The notes: a model not told the origin generated them from the sequence alone. Positions 25,601 to 36,564 are shown, counted from the first letter of the stretch. The stretch: DNA of 64,000 bases from an uncultured Marinobacterium sp. (GCA_963677795.1 OY782520.1:2516171-2580170); one strand, 5' to 3'. Numbers and translations are program-made.

Positions 25601-26890
25601 AAACTCGGCCAGCAGTTCACGCTGGGAATCGATATCCTCGGTCTCCAGCGGTTCCGGCCAGCCAGGCGCGGCCAGCAGGTCGAGCACGGCTTCGGCACTG
25701 GCGCGAGAGCGGGTCTCGATCAGGTCGTGCAGCACCGGCTTGGTCGCCTTGATCAGCGGGTGGTTCAGACTGTCACAGCCACTGATCAGCTCAGTGCCCA
25801 GAGCGACCAGGTCGGCCAGCAGCGGGTTGTCCGCTTCTGCCAGCGGTTCGCTCAGATCGGCGAGCAGCTCTGCCAGTGCCTCCGGTGAGTCGGCGGTATC
25901 CAGTATGGAAGCGGTGCTGCTCTGATCCTGCGGGGTAGAGGCCAGAGAAGGCGCTGCTGCTGGTGCTGCCTTGGCCTGTTCTGCCGGTTGTTCGGCCAGG
26001 GTTTGAGGCGTATCGGCGCTTTCGGTTTCGGCAAACACTTCATCCAGCAGTTCCCACTGGCCTTCGATATCCTCGGCGTCCAGCGGTTCGGGCCAGTCGT
26101 CGGCGCTCAGCAGCTCGATGACGGCAGCCGCATGAGGGCGATCCGGCTGGTCGATCAGGGCCAGCAGCAGGCTTTTGGCGCGGGCCAGCAGTGGCAGCTC
26201 GGGGTCGTCGCAGCTGTCGATCAGCTCGGTCGTCAGGGCGACCAGATCCGCCGGCAGCGGGTTGTCCAGTTCGGCCAGGGATTCCGCCTGGGCCTGTAAC
26301 TGCTCGGCCAGAGCCTGTGGCGAAGGAAGGACGTGGTCGGTAGCCTCGGCACCGGTGTCGGCCGCTTCGTCATCGATGATCAGGTCGTCAAGGCTGAGCA
26401 GGAGATCCGCGTCTGCGGGGGGCGCTGCCGTTTCCGGGGGGGCGGCAGCAGGTGCACTATCCGCCGTAGCCTCGTCCGCCGGCTGGCACTGCTGCCAGTC
26501 ATCCTGCAGCAGCTCCGGCAGGGCATCGAGATCATCGGGATCCAGTGGGCTTTGCCAGTTGTCACCGCTCAGCGGGGACAGCGCCAACGATAGCTGCTCG
26601 CCGGAGGGGCGCGTCTTGGCGACTGAGGGTATCAGCGCGAACAGCGTCAGCAGTTGCTGTTGTTGGTCCGGGGTCAGCACGGATTCGGGCGCTTCGGCTT
26701 CGAGTAGCTCGGTCAGCAGGGCCAGGAGGTCGGCACTGCCTGACCAGCCCGCCTCGAAACAGGCGTCCGCCAGGGGGGGGAGCTGCTCCGTCAGCTGTGC
26801 TGGCTGGATTCCGGTGGTGTCTCCCAGCAGCCCCTCGATGGCGGCAAGCTGGGGGGCCGCCGCTGACCATTGCGCCATGTCGGTCGTCAC
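22673..26890 (-). CDS. ChpA-like hybrid CheA kinase (Hpt-HATPase-CheW-REC) with repeated N-terminal domains
   Basis: AAHTIKGLANMAG (Hpt), HIIRNAVDHG, DDGAGI, GFST...SGRGIGMDVV, CheW domain, C-terminal REC (VVDDS...TDLEMP). Confidence 0.9.
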   Translation of the reverse strand: MTTDMAQWSAAAPQLAAIEGLLGDTTGIQPAQLTEQLPPLADACFEAGWSGSADLLALLTELLEAEAPESVLTPDQQQQLLTLFALIPSVAKTRPSGEQLSLALSPLSGDNWQSPLDPDDLDALPELLQDDWQQCQPADEATADSAPAAAPPETAAPPADADLLLSLDDLIIDDEAADTGAEATDHVLPSPQALAEQLQAQAESLAELDNPLPADLVALTTELIDSCDDPELPLLARAKSLLLALIDQPDRPHAAAVIELLSADDWPEPLDAEDIEGQWELLDEVFAETESADTPQTLAEQPAEQAKAAPAAAPSLASTPQDQSSTASILDTADSPEALAELLADLSEPLAEADNPLLADLVALGTELISGCDSLNHPLIKATKPVLHDLIETRSRASAEAVLDLLAAPGWPEPLETEDIDSQRELLAEFFAEAADTDRDDFRIGAAPAEVETDDTIEELPPFCDIDMALLEQPGPSVDPGILTMLVGSLQALREQWGSANTDQADVLLEASQDALAPLARACTTVHLNGLNLLLTGLEHNLAWFRQHPDRFQDSQCTHFAACLQSVHQHLEALADKATREDLIDAISDERLPIHADAQQGAFISGLLALASIQSPDEIECETATPEDVILAVGDDIDPQLMEMLYDELPVLVEEFQTHLQAVLVDHEADALLSAQRAAHTIKGLANMAGIKGLANLTHHLEDILEVLTNAKTFPGSQLSHDLTEASDCLAQMSESITEDAEAPDNALQQLQRMMTWFYRLQTEGVDCAAEALAEAEQTAQSGQTAPSAPKPTAKPASATGHEGDKEHAHLRVAVSILDNLFRIAGESSTLNAQLDDSLTQLRRLSRSNRERQRALQKVLFDLEQQLQDHFTLNNHLHEGDSDFDPLEMDRYNSMHTTLSQLQEAVADVREVDLEADQQLRQLAELHVRQANLQKESLDNVLHTRQVAVKTISSRMQRIMRQACGAAGKEARLLIEGEDVMMDSQILNQLADPLMHIIRNAVDHGLETPHLRFEAGKDETGTLTIRFSQRNGKVHVSCEDDGAGINLQRVRDIAVRKELISADAELSDRDIQRLILVPGFSTRDEISQLSGRGIGMDVVYQQVTRMQGSLNIDSTPGQGSRFELSMPASSLLVHTLLVRSNSRRIFALSSHTVDQSLLSLDGTLKQSRNGLTFTTEEGEYPAYTLESLIGEPSKDYHSTRIHPVLMINLDHGRKAAVLVREVLAHRELVFKPLGEHLPDIAGVPGVTILANGEVAPIIDLQARILDRDSVLGPAHDASEAAFELRLPQVLVVDDSLSARKTLATLLSDSGFQVTTAIDGLDALDKVRSDPPELILTDLEMPRMTGMELAAIIRNSSQFSQIPVVMITSRSTHKHRGEAEAAGVSAYLTKPWTEAKVLETVQSLLF

Positions 26891-26893
26891 GCT

Positions 26894-28702
26894 TTACTCC
26901 GAATGCTGCAGTTTGAAGACGCTGATGGAGCGCTGCAGCTCATCGGCGGCGCCTACCAGGCGTTCAGACAGCTGCTTCTGCTGCAGCATCTCGGCGTTGG
27001 TCGCCTGGGTGAACTCGTTGATACTGCCGGCACGCTGGCGCAGGTTCTGGGCCAGTTTGGCCTGGCCGGTGGCGTTCTGCGCGATGCGGACGACGGACTC
27101 TACCAGAGACTGAGTGGTGGCACGCGTCTCTTCCATGCGTTCCCCGGCCTGCTCCGCCAGGCGGGTGCCAGAGACCACGTCTTCGATGACGGTGTTGATA
27201 ACGTGAATGGTGTCGGCGGTTTCCAGCTGGATGTTGTTGACCAGGCTCTCGATCTCGGAAGTCGCTTCACGGGAGTTCTCCGCCAGGCGCTGTACCTCGT
27301 CTACCACCACCATCAGACCACGACCGGCTTCACCGGCGGAGGCCGCGTGCATACTGGCGTTCAGCGACAGTATGTGGGTGCGCTCGGAGATGTTGTTGAT
27401 CAGGCTGATGATACCGCCGATCTCCTGGGAACGTTCACCCAGGCGCTTGATACGCTTCTCCGCTTCGTGGATGGTCTGGCGGATCTTGTTGATGCTGTCG
27501 ATGGTGGCAGATACCGACTCCTTGGCATTTTCCGAGGTGTTGATCGCCTTCTGCGAAGCGCTGTTGGTCACGGCCGCCAGCTTGGCGATCAGCTGCATCG
27601 CCTGAATCGCGGAATCCAGACCTTCCAGGGTCTCGTTGATCTCTTCCTGCTCCTTGGTCGCCTGCAGCAGTACGGCTTCGGACTGTGTTTTAACCTGCAC
27701 GGAGGTACTGTTGACCTCGTTGGTGACCGCGCTGACCTCTCGCAGTACGTTCTCGATCGAGTTGGTCAGCTGGTTGATGGAGTCGGCCACCGCACCGGTG
27801 ATGTCTTCCGCGACCGGGACACGGACGGTCAGGTCGCGCTGACTGATCTTGAATACGCTCTGGATCAGCTCGATGATCGAGGCGTTAAGCTTCTTGTTCT
27901 CGGCCGCCTGCTTGGCCAGGGCTTCCTCTTTCTCGTCCAGCAGGGTGTCCAGGACGGTGGCCATCTGGCCCAGCTCGTCCTTGGTTTCCAGGCGGGTTCG
28001 GGCCTCGGTATCACCGGCACGCACCGCGTCCACGGTGTCCTGAATGCGCTGTACCGGGTCGAGGACACCGTATTTGGTGATCGCCAGGGCGATCGCCAGC
28101 GCCAGGCCCAGAATGACCAGAGAGGCGAAGAACAGCTTGATCATCTGCGCCATCGCCTGGGTACGCGCCTGACCGTCCTGATCGGCGTAGACATTGGTCA
28201 GCAGCTGCAGGCTGGTGTTGACCTCACGCAGGTCGGCGAGCAGAGTGCTGAAGGTTTGCTGCAGCAGGGCGGCCTGCAACGTCGGCGCACTGCCCTGCGC
28301 CCGGATTTCGGCCAGTCGTGCCATCTTGTCCGTCAGCCCCAGAGCATCCAGACGCTGCTGGATATTGTGGCGATCTTCGTCGCTGCGCAGACGCTGCATC
28401 AGTGCTTGCAGGCCGCTGTTGAAGGTTTCGGCGGCAACGGCGAACTCGGTCAGATGCTTGTCGCTGGGTGACAGACGCGCTTCGGTCAGGGCCTGCTGTA
28501 CGTCCACCAGCAGGAAATCGAGGCGAGAGGTGTCCTCGGCCAGCAGGCGGGTTTGCCGGCTGGTCGACTGTGACTGCTCATCGATGACGATGGTTTGATA
28601 ATAGGCGACGGCGATTGCGATGATGCCTGCGATCAGAAGCACACCCGAGATGGCGAACTTGATCCCCATCCGTATGTTCTGCAGTTCCCAGAAAAGAGGC
28701 AT
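26894..28702 (-). CDS. PilJ-like methyl-accepting chemotaxis protein
   Basis: Two TM segments, HAMP, signalling tip ERTHILSLNASMHAASAGEAGRG. Confidence 0.9.
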   Translation of the reverse strand: MPLFWELQNIRMGIKFAISGVLLIAGIIAIAVAYYQTIVIDEQSQSTSRQTRLLAEDTSRLDFLLVDVQQALTEARLSPSDKHLTEFAVAAETFNSGLQALMQRLRSDEDRHNIQQRLDALGLTDKMARLAEIRAQGSAPTLQAALLQQTFSTLLADLREVNTSLQLLTNVYADQDGQARTQAMAQMIKLFFASLVILGLALAIALAITKYGVLDPVQRIQDTVDAVRAGDTEARTRLETKDELGQMATVLDTLLDEKEEALAKQAAENKKLNASIIELIQSVFKISQRDLTVRVPVAEDITGAVADSINQLTNSIENVLREVSAVTNEVNSTSVQVKTQSEAVLLQATKEQEEINETLEGLDSAIQAMQLIAKLAAVTNSASQKAINTSENAKESVSATIDSINKIRQTIHEAEKRIKRLGERSQEIGGIISLINNISERTHILSLNASMHAASAGEAGRGLMVVVDEVQRLAENSREATSEIESLVNNIQLETADTIHVINTVIEDVVSGTRLAEQAGERMEETRATTQSLVESVVRIAQNATGQAKLAQNLRQRAGSINEFTQATNAEMLQQKQLSERLVGAADELQRSISVFKLQHSE

Positions 28703-28740
28703 GTGTAGTTCCTTTCAGCAAAAATGGATGACTAGAGGTG

Positions 28741-29274
28741 TTATTCGAACAGGGCCGCCGGTTGATAGAAGGTCTTGGTCAGTTTTTTCAGCAGTTCCTG
28801 GTGGTCCAGTTCGAACCAGACCCTCTCCTGAGCGCGATACTGCTGGCGCAGGAAGGGCTGGAGCGGCTTGGGCGCAGACGATGCCATCGTCGCGGAATCG
28901 CCGAGCCGTTCCGGGTCGGTCACCACTGTGGGAATCCGGTCCAGCAGGAAGCCGGCGGTATGGGGCTGCTGATCCAGTAACAGTATCCAGTAGCTTCCCC
29001 TCAGATCGAGCCGTTCTTGCCGTGCCATGTAGGGCAGGTCATAGACCGGTACCGTGTGCCCGCGATGGTTGATGAAGCCCGCAAACCAGGGCGGGCTGTC
29101 CGGCAAGGGGCAGATCGGGCTTCTGGAAGCCAGTTCGGAAAAGGTGCCGGCGGCCAGCAGCAAGTGCTGGCCATCGAGCTCGAATCCATGCCGGATCTCA
29201 TCAAAGCCGGGGGCGTCTTCCTGAGAAGCTGAGAGGGAGAGGTCAGGGCTGTCGGGCTGGATAAGGTCATCCAT
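28741..29274 (-). CDS. CheW/PilI-like adaptor (start likely ATG 29274)
   Basis: PLPDSPPWFAGFINHRGHTVPVYDL. Confidence 0.85.
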   Translation of the reverse strand: MDDLIQPDSPDLSLSASQEDAPGFDEIRHGFELDGQHLLLAAGTFSELASRSPICPLPDSPPWFAGFINHRGHTVPVYDLPYMARQERLDLRGSYWILLLDQQPHTAGFLLDRIPTVVTDPERLGDSATMASSAPKPLQPFLRQQYRAQERVWFELDHQELLKKLTKTFYQPAALFE

Positions 29275-29290
29275 CAAAGCGCTGCACTCC

Positions 29291-29656
29291 TCAGCTGAAG
29301 GCCTTGACCTGGTCCAGGATCTCCTGGTCCGTAAAGGGCTTGGCGACGATGGCGCTGGCGCCTTGCAGCTGAGCCCAGACACGGTCGGCATCCTCGTGCT
29401 TGCTTGATACGATCACCACCGGAATGCCTTTGGTATCGGCACTGCTGGTGATCTGACGGCAGGCCGAAAAGCCATCGACCTCCGGCATCACGATATCCAT
29501 GAAGATCAGGTCGGGCTTTTCCTGTTCGGCCAGGTTGATCCCTTGCTGGCCGTTAGCGCCGACGATGATCTTTGCGCCGGTCGACTGAAGGATCTCGCGC
29601 AGGCGCTGCTGCTGTACCGGATCATCCTCTACGATCAAAATCTTGTTGACTGCCAT
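29291..29656 (-). CDS. PilH/CheY-like single-domain response regulator (start likely ATG 29656)
   Basis: ILIVEDD, PDLIFMDIVMP, KP turn. Confidence 0.9.
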   Translation of the reverse strand: MAVNKILIVEDDPVQQQRLREILQSTGAKIIVGANGQQGINLAEQEKPDLIFMDIVMPEVDGFSACRQITSSADTKGIPVVIVSSKHEDADRVWAQLQGASAIVAKPFTDQEILDQVKAFS

Positions 29657-29693
29657 GTGTGTATTTCCAGTATTCGCTCTATTGATCCAGTCG

Positions 29694-30725
29694 CTATTTC
29701 TTGAACTCACTGACCCAGCGGGACACGCGCTTGATCACCTTCTGGAACTCCACGTGGTCGATCGGCTTGGTCAGATAAGTAGATGATCCTGCCATTATCC
29801 CCTTCACCTCGTCCAGAGGAGAGGTTTTCGACGAAAGCATGATAATCGGCGTTTTTTTCAATCCCGGCATCTGGCGCAGGCGGGTGCAGGTTTCAAACCC
29901 GTCGATACCCGGCATCATGATGTCGAGGAAGATGAAGTCGTAGTGATGCTGTCCCGCCTTGTCCAGAGCGGTTTCTCCGTCGTCGGCAAAGTCGATCGCT
30001 ACCGGCTGGTCCATGTGCTGCAGCTCCTTTGCCAGCATCTGCTGCATCGGGTGGCTGTCATCGACCACCAGCACGGCGTAGCTGTCATCGCTGTGCTGCT
30101 CGGCCCGTTCGGCCTGCTGGCGGCGCACGGTTTCGATCTGGGCTTCATACTTGCTGAACGGGTTCTCCGGGCCGTTTTCTTTTTCCCCAGTGAAGGTGTC
30201 CGGCAGCGGTTCAGCCTCGTTGTCCGCTAGCGCAAGGGCTTCGAGTACAGGCGCGCTGGCGGGGGCAACGGCAACAGCGACGTCTGCTTCACAGACGGCT
30301 AGCCGTTCGATAATGGCGTCAGCAGTTTCAGCAGTTTCAGCAGTTTCAGCCGATTCAGCCGATTCAGCCGATTCAGCCGATTCAGCGGTCTGCGCTAGCA
30401 CCGAATTCGCGTCGGCGTGCGGCAGTGGTTCGTAGGCTTCCAACGTGCGCAGTACGCGTGATGAAATGAAGGGCAGTTTGATATGTGCAAGCTGGTCGCT
30501 TTCCGGCTTTTTCTTGTTGACCAGTACCAGCCGCTCCCGGTATGTCTCGGGCAGATCGGCCACTTCGGCGTGGTCATCAAGTGCATCACCAAATACAAGT
30601 AGCAGGTCCGGCAGGCGGGTGCTGTCAAAGGGGGTCAGCGACAGCGCCCTGCTCTTGGCGAGGGTCAGGATCTTTTCCAGCTTCTTGAGCTGATCTGCCG
30701 GGAAACCAAGTGTCCCAATCTTCAT
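29694..30725 (-). CDS. PilG/PatA-like response regulator with N-terminal extension and C-terminal REC
   Basis: C-terminal VLVVDDS...FLDIMMP...KP; acidic Ala-rich linker. Confidence 0.8.
   Translation of the reverse strand: MKIGTLGFPADQLKKLEKILTLAKSRALSLTPFDSTRLPDLLLVFGDALDDHAEVADLPETYRERLVLVNKKKPESDQLAHIKLPFISSRVLRTLEAYEPLPHADANSVLAQTAESAESAESAESAETAETAETADAIIERLAVCEADVAVAVAPASAPVLEALALADNEAEPLPDTFTGEKENGPENPFSKYEAQIETVRRQQAERAEQHSDDSYAVLVVDDSHPMQQMLAKELQHMDQPVAIDFADDGETALDKAGQHHYDFIFLDIMMPGIDGFETCTRLRQMPGLKKTPIIMLSSKTSPLDEVKGIMAGSSTYLTKPIDHVEFQKVIKRVSRWVSEFKK
30319..30386. repeat. in-frame 9-bp tandem repeat encoding (AES)4(AET)3
   Basis: (tcagcagtt)x3 followed by (tcagccgat)x4 plus tcagc on the + strand. 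Confidence 0.9.
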
Positions 30726-30998
30726 GCGTCTTCCCTGTTCAGTTAGTCCGGGCAGCCCAGCCCGCAGACGAGGGTAGGAATGGATGCCTATTCAAGCATG
30801 TAAATAATGCAATTCGATTACGGTTTTAGACCATCCGAACAGTGATGACAATAGCGTGACATCACAAAAGCCCATTCTCTTATTGCGTGTTTGTTTATGG
30901 ATACACTAGGGGCTTTAGGGCTGAAACGGGTGTTCTGAAAACGGGGGCGGCAAGGGGGATCAGAGTCCGAGGAATACCTCTCAGGCAGCCTGATGAGG

Positions 30999-31490
30999 TC
31001 ATTCAGGACAATGGTAATCAACCATGATCTTGGCTTTATCCGATCCGGTAGTGCGCAGGTTATCGAGCCAGAACTGACATTTCGGGTCCGATAGCTTTTC
31101 CATATACTCAGCACGATCCTGGCCCGCTTCAAGTTGAGCCTCTCGCGCAATACGATCCTGTTCCATCTGAAGACGCCTTGCTTCAAGACGCTGTTCTCGA
31201 GCACGGTTCTCAGCTTCGAGACGGTGGCGCCGTTCTATGGCGGCCTGGCGAGAGTCCTCGTTCATGCGCTGCATACTTTGCTGAAACCCTTGAGCAGCGG
31301 CTTCAAGTGCCCTGGCAAGACGATATTCCTGGTATTTGTGATAGCCGATCCAGCAGAGGAATAAAACGATACCACCTAGCACGATGCCAAGGGTGATCTG
31401 AGCCCAAAGAGGCAAATCAGAGGAGGCTGAAGAGGAAGAGCTGCAGGAAATTGGCTCGGGGTTGATACGTTCGCTAGGATCAAGACGCAT
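30999..31490 (-). CDS. hypothetical single-TM coiled-coil protein
   Basis: GGAGG RBS before ATG 31490; TM segment, charged helical region, C-terminal CQFW...CP; composition appears more AT-rich than the flanking core genes. Confidence 0.65.
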   Translation of the reverse strand: MRLDPSERINPEPISCSSSSSASSDLPLWAQITLGIVLGGIVLFLCWIGYHKYQEYRLARALEAAAQGFQQSMQRMNEDSRQAAIERRHRLEAENRAREQRLEARRLQMEQDRIAREAQLEAGQDRAEYMEKLSDPKCQFWLDNLRTTGSDKAKIMVDYHCPE

Positions 31491-31590
31491 GGTACCTCCG
31501 TGTTTTGTCCGGCCCAAATCAATGTGGGCACTTGATGGACACTTTCGGTTCTACTCCATGGTCCGAAAGTTCACAACCCCTTGTTTTTAA

Positions 31591-31667
31591 TGGTGGGCCC
31601 AGCAGGACTTGAACCTGCGACCAATGGATTATGAGTCCACTGCTCTGACCAACTGAGCTATAGGCCC
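31591..31667 (-). tRNA. ileX: tRNA-Ile2 (CAT anticodon, lysidine type)
   Basis: GGGCCTATAGCTCAGTTGGTCAGAGCAGTGGACTCATAATCCATTGGTCGCAGGTTCAAGTCCTGCTGGGCCCACCA: 77-nt cloverleaf, fully paired acceptor stem, no initiator GGG/CCC anticodon stem; lies downstream of rpoD as ileX typically does. Confidence 0.9.
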
Positions 31668-31681
31668 GGGGAGGAGCGCCA

Positions 31682-31709
31682 ATGATAGCATGTCCTGTCA
31701 TTGGCGCAA
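31682..31709 (-). promoter_or_regulatory. candidate sigma70 promoter of tRNA-Ile2
   Basis: TTGCGC-16 nt-TATCAT followed by a GC-rich discriminator. Confidence 0.5.
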
Positions 31710-31727
31710 TATGATGAAAATAAACGA

Positions 31728-33581
<1,854 letters not shown>

Positions 33582-33755
33582 AGAACCCCTGCAACGAATG
33601 AATGCTGATGTGACAGATGGCGGAAAAGTGAGCGCGATATTATACCTGATCTGGCCGTTTGCGGCTACAGGCAGCTGATGGCTGCACCGCCTATAGACCG
33701 CTCCGTTAAGAGAATAGACCAGAAATCAGGCGATTGCCTGCAAGAGGCCGTCATT

Positions 33756-35642
33756 TCAGTGTTGTCTCTCCAGCAGTAGCTGCTGCAGGTCGCGTTTCTC
33801 TTGTTCTGTTAATGGGGCCTGACGCGATTTTTTCAAGAGCTGGTCGAGCTGGGCTTCCTTGCGACGGGCCAGCAGGCCCTTGAGGGTGTCGCCGAGCAGG
33901 GAGGCCGCGTCAACGTCACCCAGGATTGGATCCAGGTGCGAGATTTCGTTGAGCAGCATCAGGTCGGAGCGGTGTTCCTCGGCATCCTGCCAGTCCACCA
34001 GCAGGGTGCCCAGCGAGCTGTCGGGGTCTTTCTGCAGGTAGTCCAGCAGGTTGATCAAGACATCGATGTTGGGCTCGAGCAGGATGCGAAAACTGTCGGC
34101 CGCAGGCGCGCTGCGCGCCAGCTCGGGATGGTGCAGCAGAATCGAGATCGCCTGATTGACCAGGTCGCGCGATCCGCTTTTCCCGGTTTTGGGGCGCAGG
34201 GGGGCGGGTGAGGCAGGGTAGTCCGGTTGGGCATAGTCATCGTAGCCCGCAGGGTCGTAATGTCCCCCCTGATCGTAGCTGCCTCGCTCAGCAGGCTGGC
34301 TGGTCGCGCTGGCGCTGGCTGGTTCATGGGTGGCCTGATGCAGATCGATGACGCTGCCGAGCTGTTCCAGACTGAGGCCGGTAATCTCGCAGATCCGGTC
34401 CAGCATCATCTGCTTGAGCAGGCTGGGTTGCATCGAGTTGATCAGTGGCAGGGCGGCGTTGCTGAAGCGCGCGCGGCCATCCATGCTGGTCAGGTCGGCG
34501 TCTTCACTGAGTGATTTGAAAAAGAACTCGCTCAGCGGCAGGGCTTGGACCACGCGTTCGCTGAAGGCAGTTTCGCCTTCCTGGCGTACCAGGGTGTCCG
34601 GGTCTTCGCCGTCGGGCAGAAACAGGAAGCGGGCTTCCTGGCCGTCCTTGATTACCGGCAGAGTGGTGCGCAGGGCGCGCAGGGCGGCGGTGCGTCCGGC
34701 CTGGTCGCCGTCAAAGCAGAAGATTACTTCCGGAACCAGTTTGAACAGGCGCTCCAGATGCTGCTCGGTGGTGGCGGTGCCCAGGGTGGCGACGGACCAG
34801 TGGATACCGTGCTGGGCCAGGCTGACCACGTCCATATAGCCTTCGACGATCAGCAGACGGTCGAGGTGATTGCTGTGCTTGCGGGCCTCGTACAGGCCGT
34901 AGAGTTCGCGTCCCTTGTGGAAGGTCGGGGTTTCCGGTGAGTTGAGGTACTTGGGCTTGTCGTCACCCAGTACGCGGCCACCGAAGCCCAGTACCCGGCC
35001 GCGCACATCGCGAATCGGAAACATGATGCGATCGCGGAAACGGTCATAGTGACTCTGCTTGTCTTCGTTGTGGATCACCATGCCGGACTGCTCCAGCAGT
35101 GCGGTGGCGTTATCGACACTGTCGAAGTGGTGCAGCAGATTGTCCCAGCCGGGCGGGGCGTAGCCGATACCGAAGGCGGCGGCGATCTGGCCACTGAGGC
35201 CGCGCTGTTTCAGGTAGCTCACGGCGCGCTGGCGATCGGGGGAGTGGCGCAGCTGCTGCTGAAAGAAGGTGTTGGCCTGCTCCAGGGCTTCGAACTGGCG
35301 CTTGAGCTGCTGCTCGCGCTGATGATCGACCTGGCGGCTCTCTTCGCGCGGGACTTCCATGCCGGCGAGCTTGGCCAGCTCTTCAACGGCTTCGGGGAAG
35401 TTGAGACGGTCGTATTCCATCAGGAAGCCGAGCGCATTGCCGCCGGCGCCGCAGCCGAAACAGTAGTAGAACTGCTTGTCGGGGCTGACCGAAAAGGACG
35501 GGCTCTTTTCCTTGTGGAACGGGCAGAGGCCTGAGTAGTTCTTGCCTGCGCGCTTGAGTTTGACGCGACCATCGATCACATCAACGATGTTGATGCGGGC
35601 CAGAAGGTCGTCAATGAAATGCTGGGGTATTCGACCTGCCAT
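33756..35642 (-). CDS. dnaG: DNA primase
   Basis: CPFHKEKSPSF zinc domain, KYLNSPET, VEGYMDV, FDGDQAG TOPRIM. Confidence 0.99.
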   Translation of the reverse strand: MAGRIPQHFIDDLLARINIVDVIDGRVKLKRAGKNYSGLCPFHKEKSPSFSVSPDKQFYYCFGCGAGGNALGFLMEYDRLNFPEAVEELAKLAGMEVPREESRQVDHQREQQLKRQFEALEQANTFFQQQLRHSPDRQRAVSYLKQRGLSGQIAAAFGIGYAPPGWDNLLHHFDSVDNATALLEQSGMVIHNEDKQSHYDRFRDRIMFPIRDVRGRVLGFGGRVLGDDKPKYLNSPETPTFHKGRELYGLYEARKHSNHLDRLLIVEGYMDVVSLAQHGIHWSVATLGTATTEQHLERLFKLVPEVIFCFDGDQAGRTAALRALRTTLPVIKDGQEARFLFLPDGEDPDTLVRQEGETAFSERVVQALPLSEFFFKSLSEDADLTSMDGRARFSNAALPLINSMQPSLLKQMMLDRICEITGLSLEQLGSVIDLHQATHEPASASATSQPAERGSYDQGGHYDPAGYDDYAQPDYPASPAPLRPKTGKSGSRDLVNQAISILLHHPELARSAPAADSFRILLEPNIDVLINLLDYLQKDPDSSLGTLLVDWQDAEEHRSDLMLLNEISHLDPILGDVDAASLLGDTLKGLLARRKEAQLDQLLKKSRQAPLTEQEKRDLQQLLLERQH

Positions 35643-35677
35643 GTTCGCTCCGCGGACAGGTCAGCGTATGCGGACCC

Positions 35678-36121
35678 TTAGAGTTTCTGCTTCACCAGGC
35701 CGGAAATCTTGCCCATGTCGGCACGACCCTGAACCTGGGGTTTGACGATTGCCATCACTTTGCCCATGTCCTGCATGGAGCTGGCGCCGGATTCGGCGAT
35801 GGCGTCATCAACAATCTGAGTAATCTCAGCATCGCTGAGTGGCTGCGGCAGGAAAGTTTTAATCACCTCCAGCTCCTGCTGCTCCTTCTCTGCCAGTTCG
35901 GGTCGCTCAGCCGCCTCGTACTGGGTAATGGAGTCGCGTCTCTGTTTGACCATCTTGTCCAGCACGATCAGGATGCGATCGTCATCGAGTTCGATGCGTT
36001 CGTCCACTTCGATGCGCTTGATTTCCGCCAGCATTAGGCGAATGGTGCCAAGACGTTCTTTGTCCTTGGCGCGCATGGCATCTTTCATCTGTTCTGTAAT
36101 GGTGGCTTTCAGATCAGACAT
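35678..36121 (-). CDS. yqeY: GatB/YqeY domain protein
   Basis: MKDAMRAKDK, KQRRDSI, RADMGKIS. Confidence 0.93.
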   Translation of the reverse strand: MSDLKATITEQMKDAMRAKDKERLGTIRLMLAEIKRIEVDERIELDDDRILIVLDKMVKQRRDSITQYEAAERPELAEKEQQELEVIKTFLPQPLSDAEITQIVDDAIAESGASSMQDMGKVMAIVKPQVQGRADMGKISGLVKQKL

Positions 36122-36169
36122 GGGATGCTCCTTCGAAAGTGCTGTGGGTCAGGTTACAGAGTAATCAGA

Positions 36170-36385
36170 TCAGTACAGACGTACGCGGCGAGCGTTTTCG
36201 CGCTGAACTTTTTTAGCGTGACGCTTAACGGCAGCAGCAGCTTTGCGCTTACGTACGGCAGTGGGCTTTTCGTAGCATTCGCGACGACGAACTTCAGCCA
36301 GGATGCCGGCTTTTTCGCAAGAACGCTTGAAGCGACGCAGAGCTACGTCGAACGGCTCGTTATCTTTAACTTTAACCTGAGGCAT
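36170..36385 (-). CDS. rpsU: 30S ribosomal protein S21
   Basis: [29 protein letters not shown]. Confidence 0.99.
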   Translation of the reverse strand: MPQVKVKDNEPFDVALRRFKRSCEKAGILAEVRRRECYEKPTAVRKRKAAAAVKRHAKKVQRENARRVRLY

Positions 36386-36466
36386 TAATATTCTCCCGGT
36401 TTGGTTGATTTGGATGGTCCTCTTTCAGCATAGGCGCAAGGCACAGATACAGAAAGAAGGCCGCAT

Positions 36467-36495
36467 ATTTTAGTCAGGCGGCCCCGGTGTGTAAA
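36467..36495 (-). promoter_or_regulatory. sigma70 promoter of rpsU operon
   Basis: TTTACA-17 nt-TAAAAT followed by TATGCGGC. Confidence 0.6.
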
Positions 36496-36564
36496 GACAG
36501 AATCCCGTGAATTTTGCGGCTAACTGGAGGATAATGGCGCCTGTTGAATCGCGTGTTTTGAATC

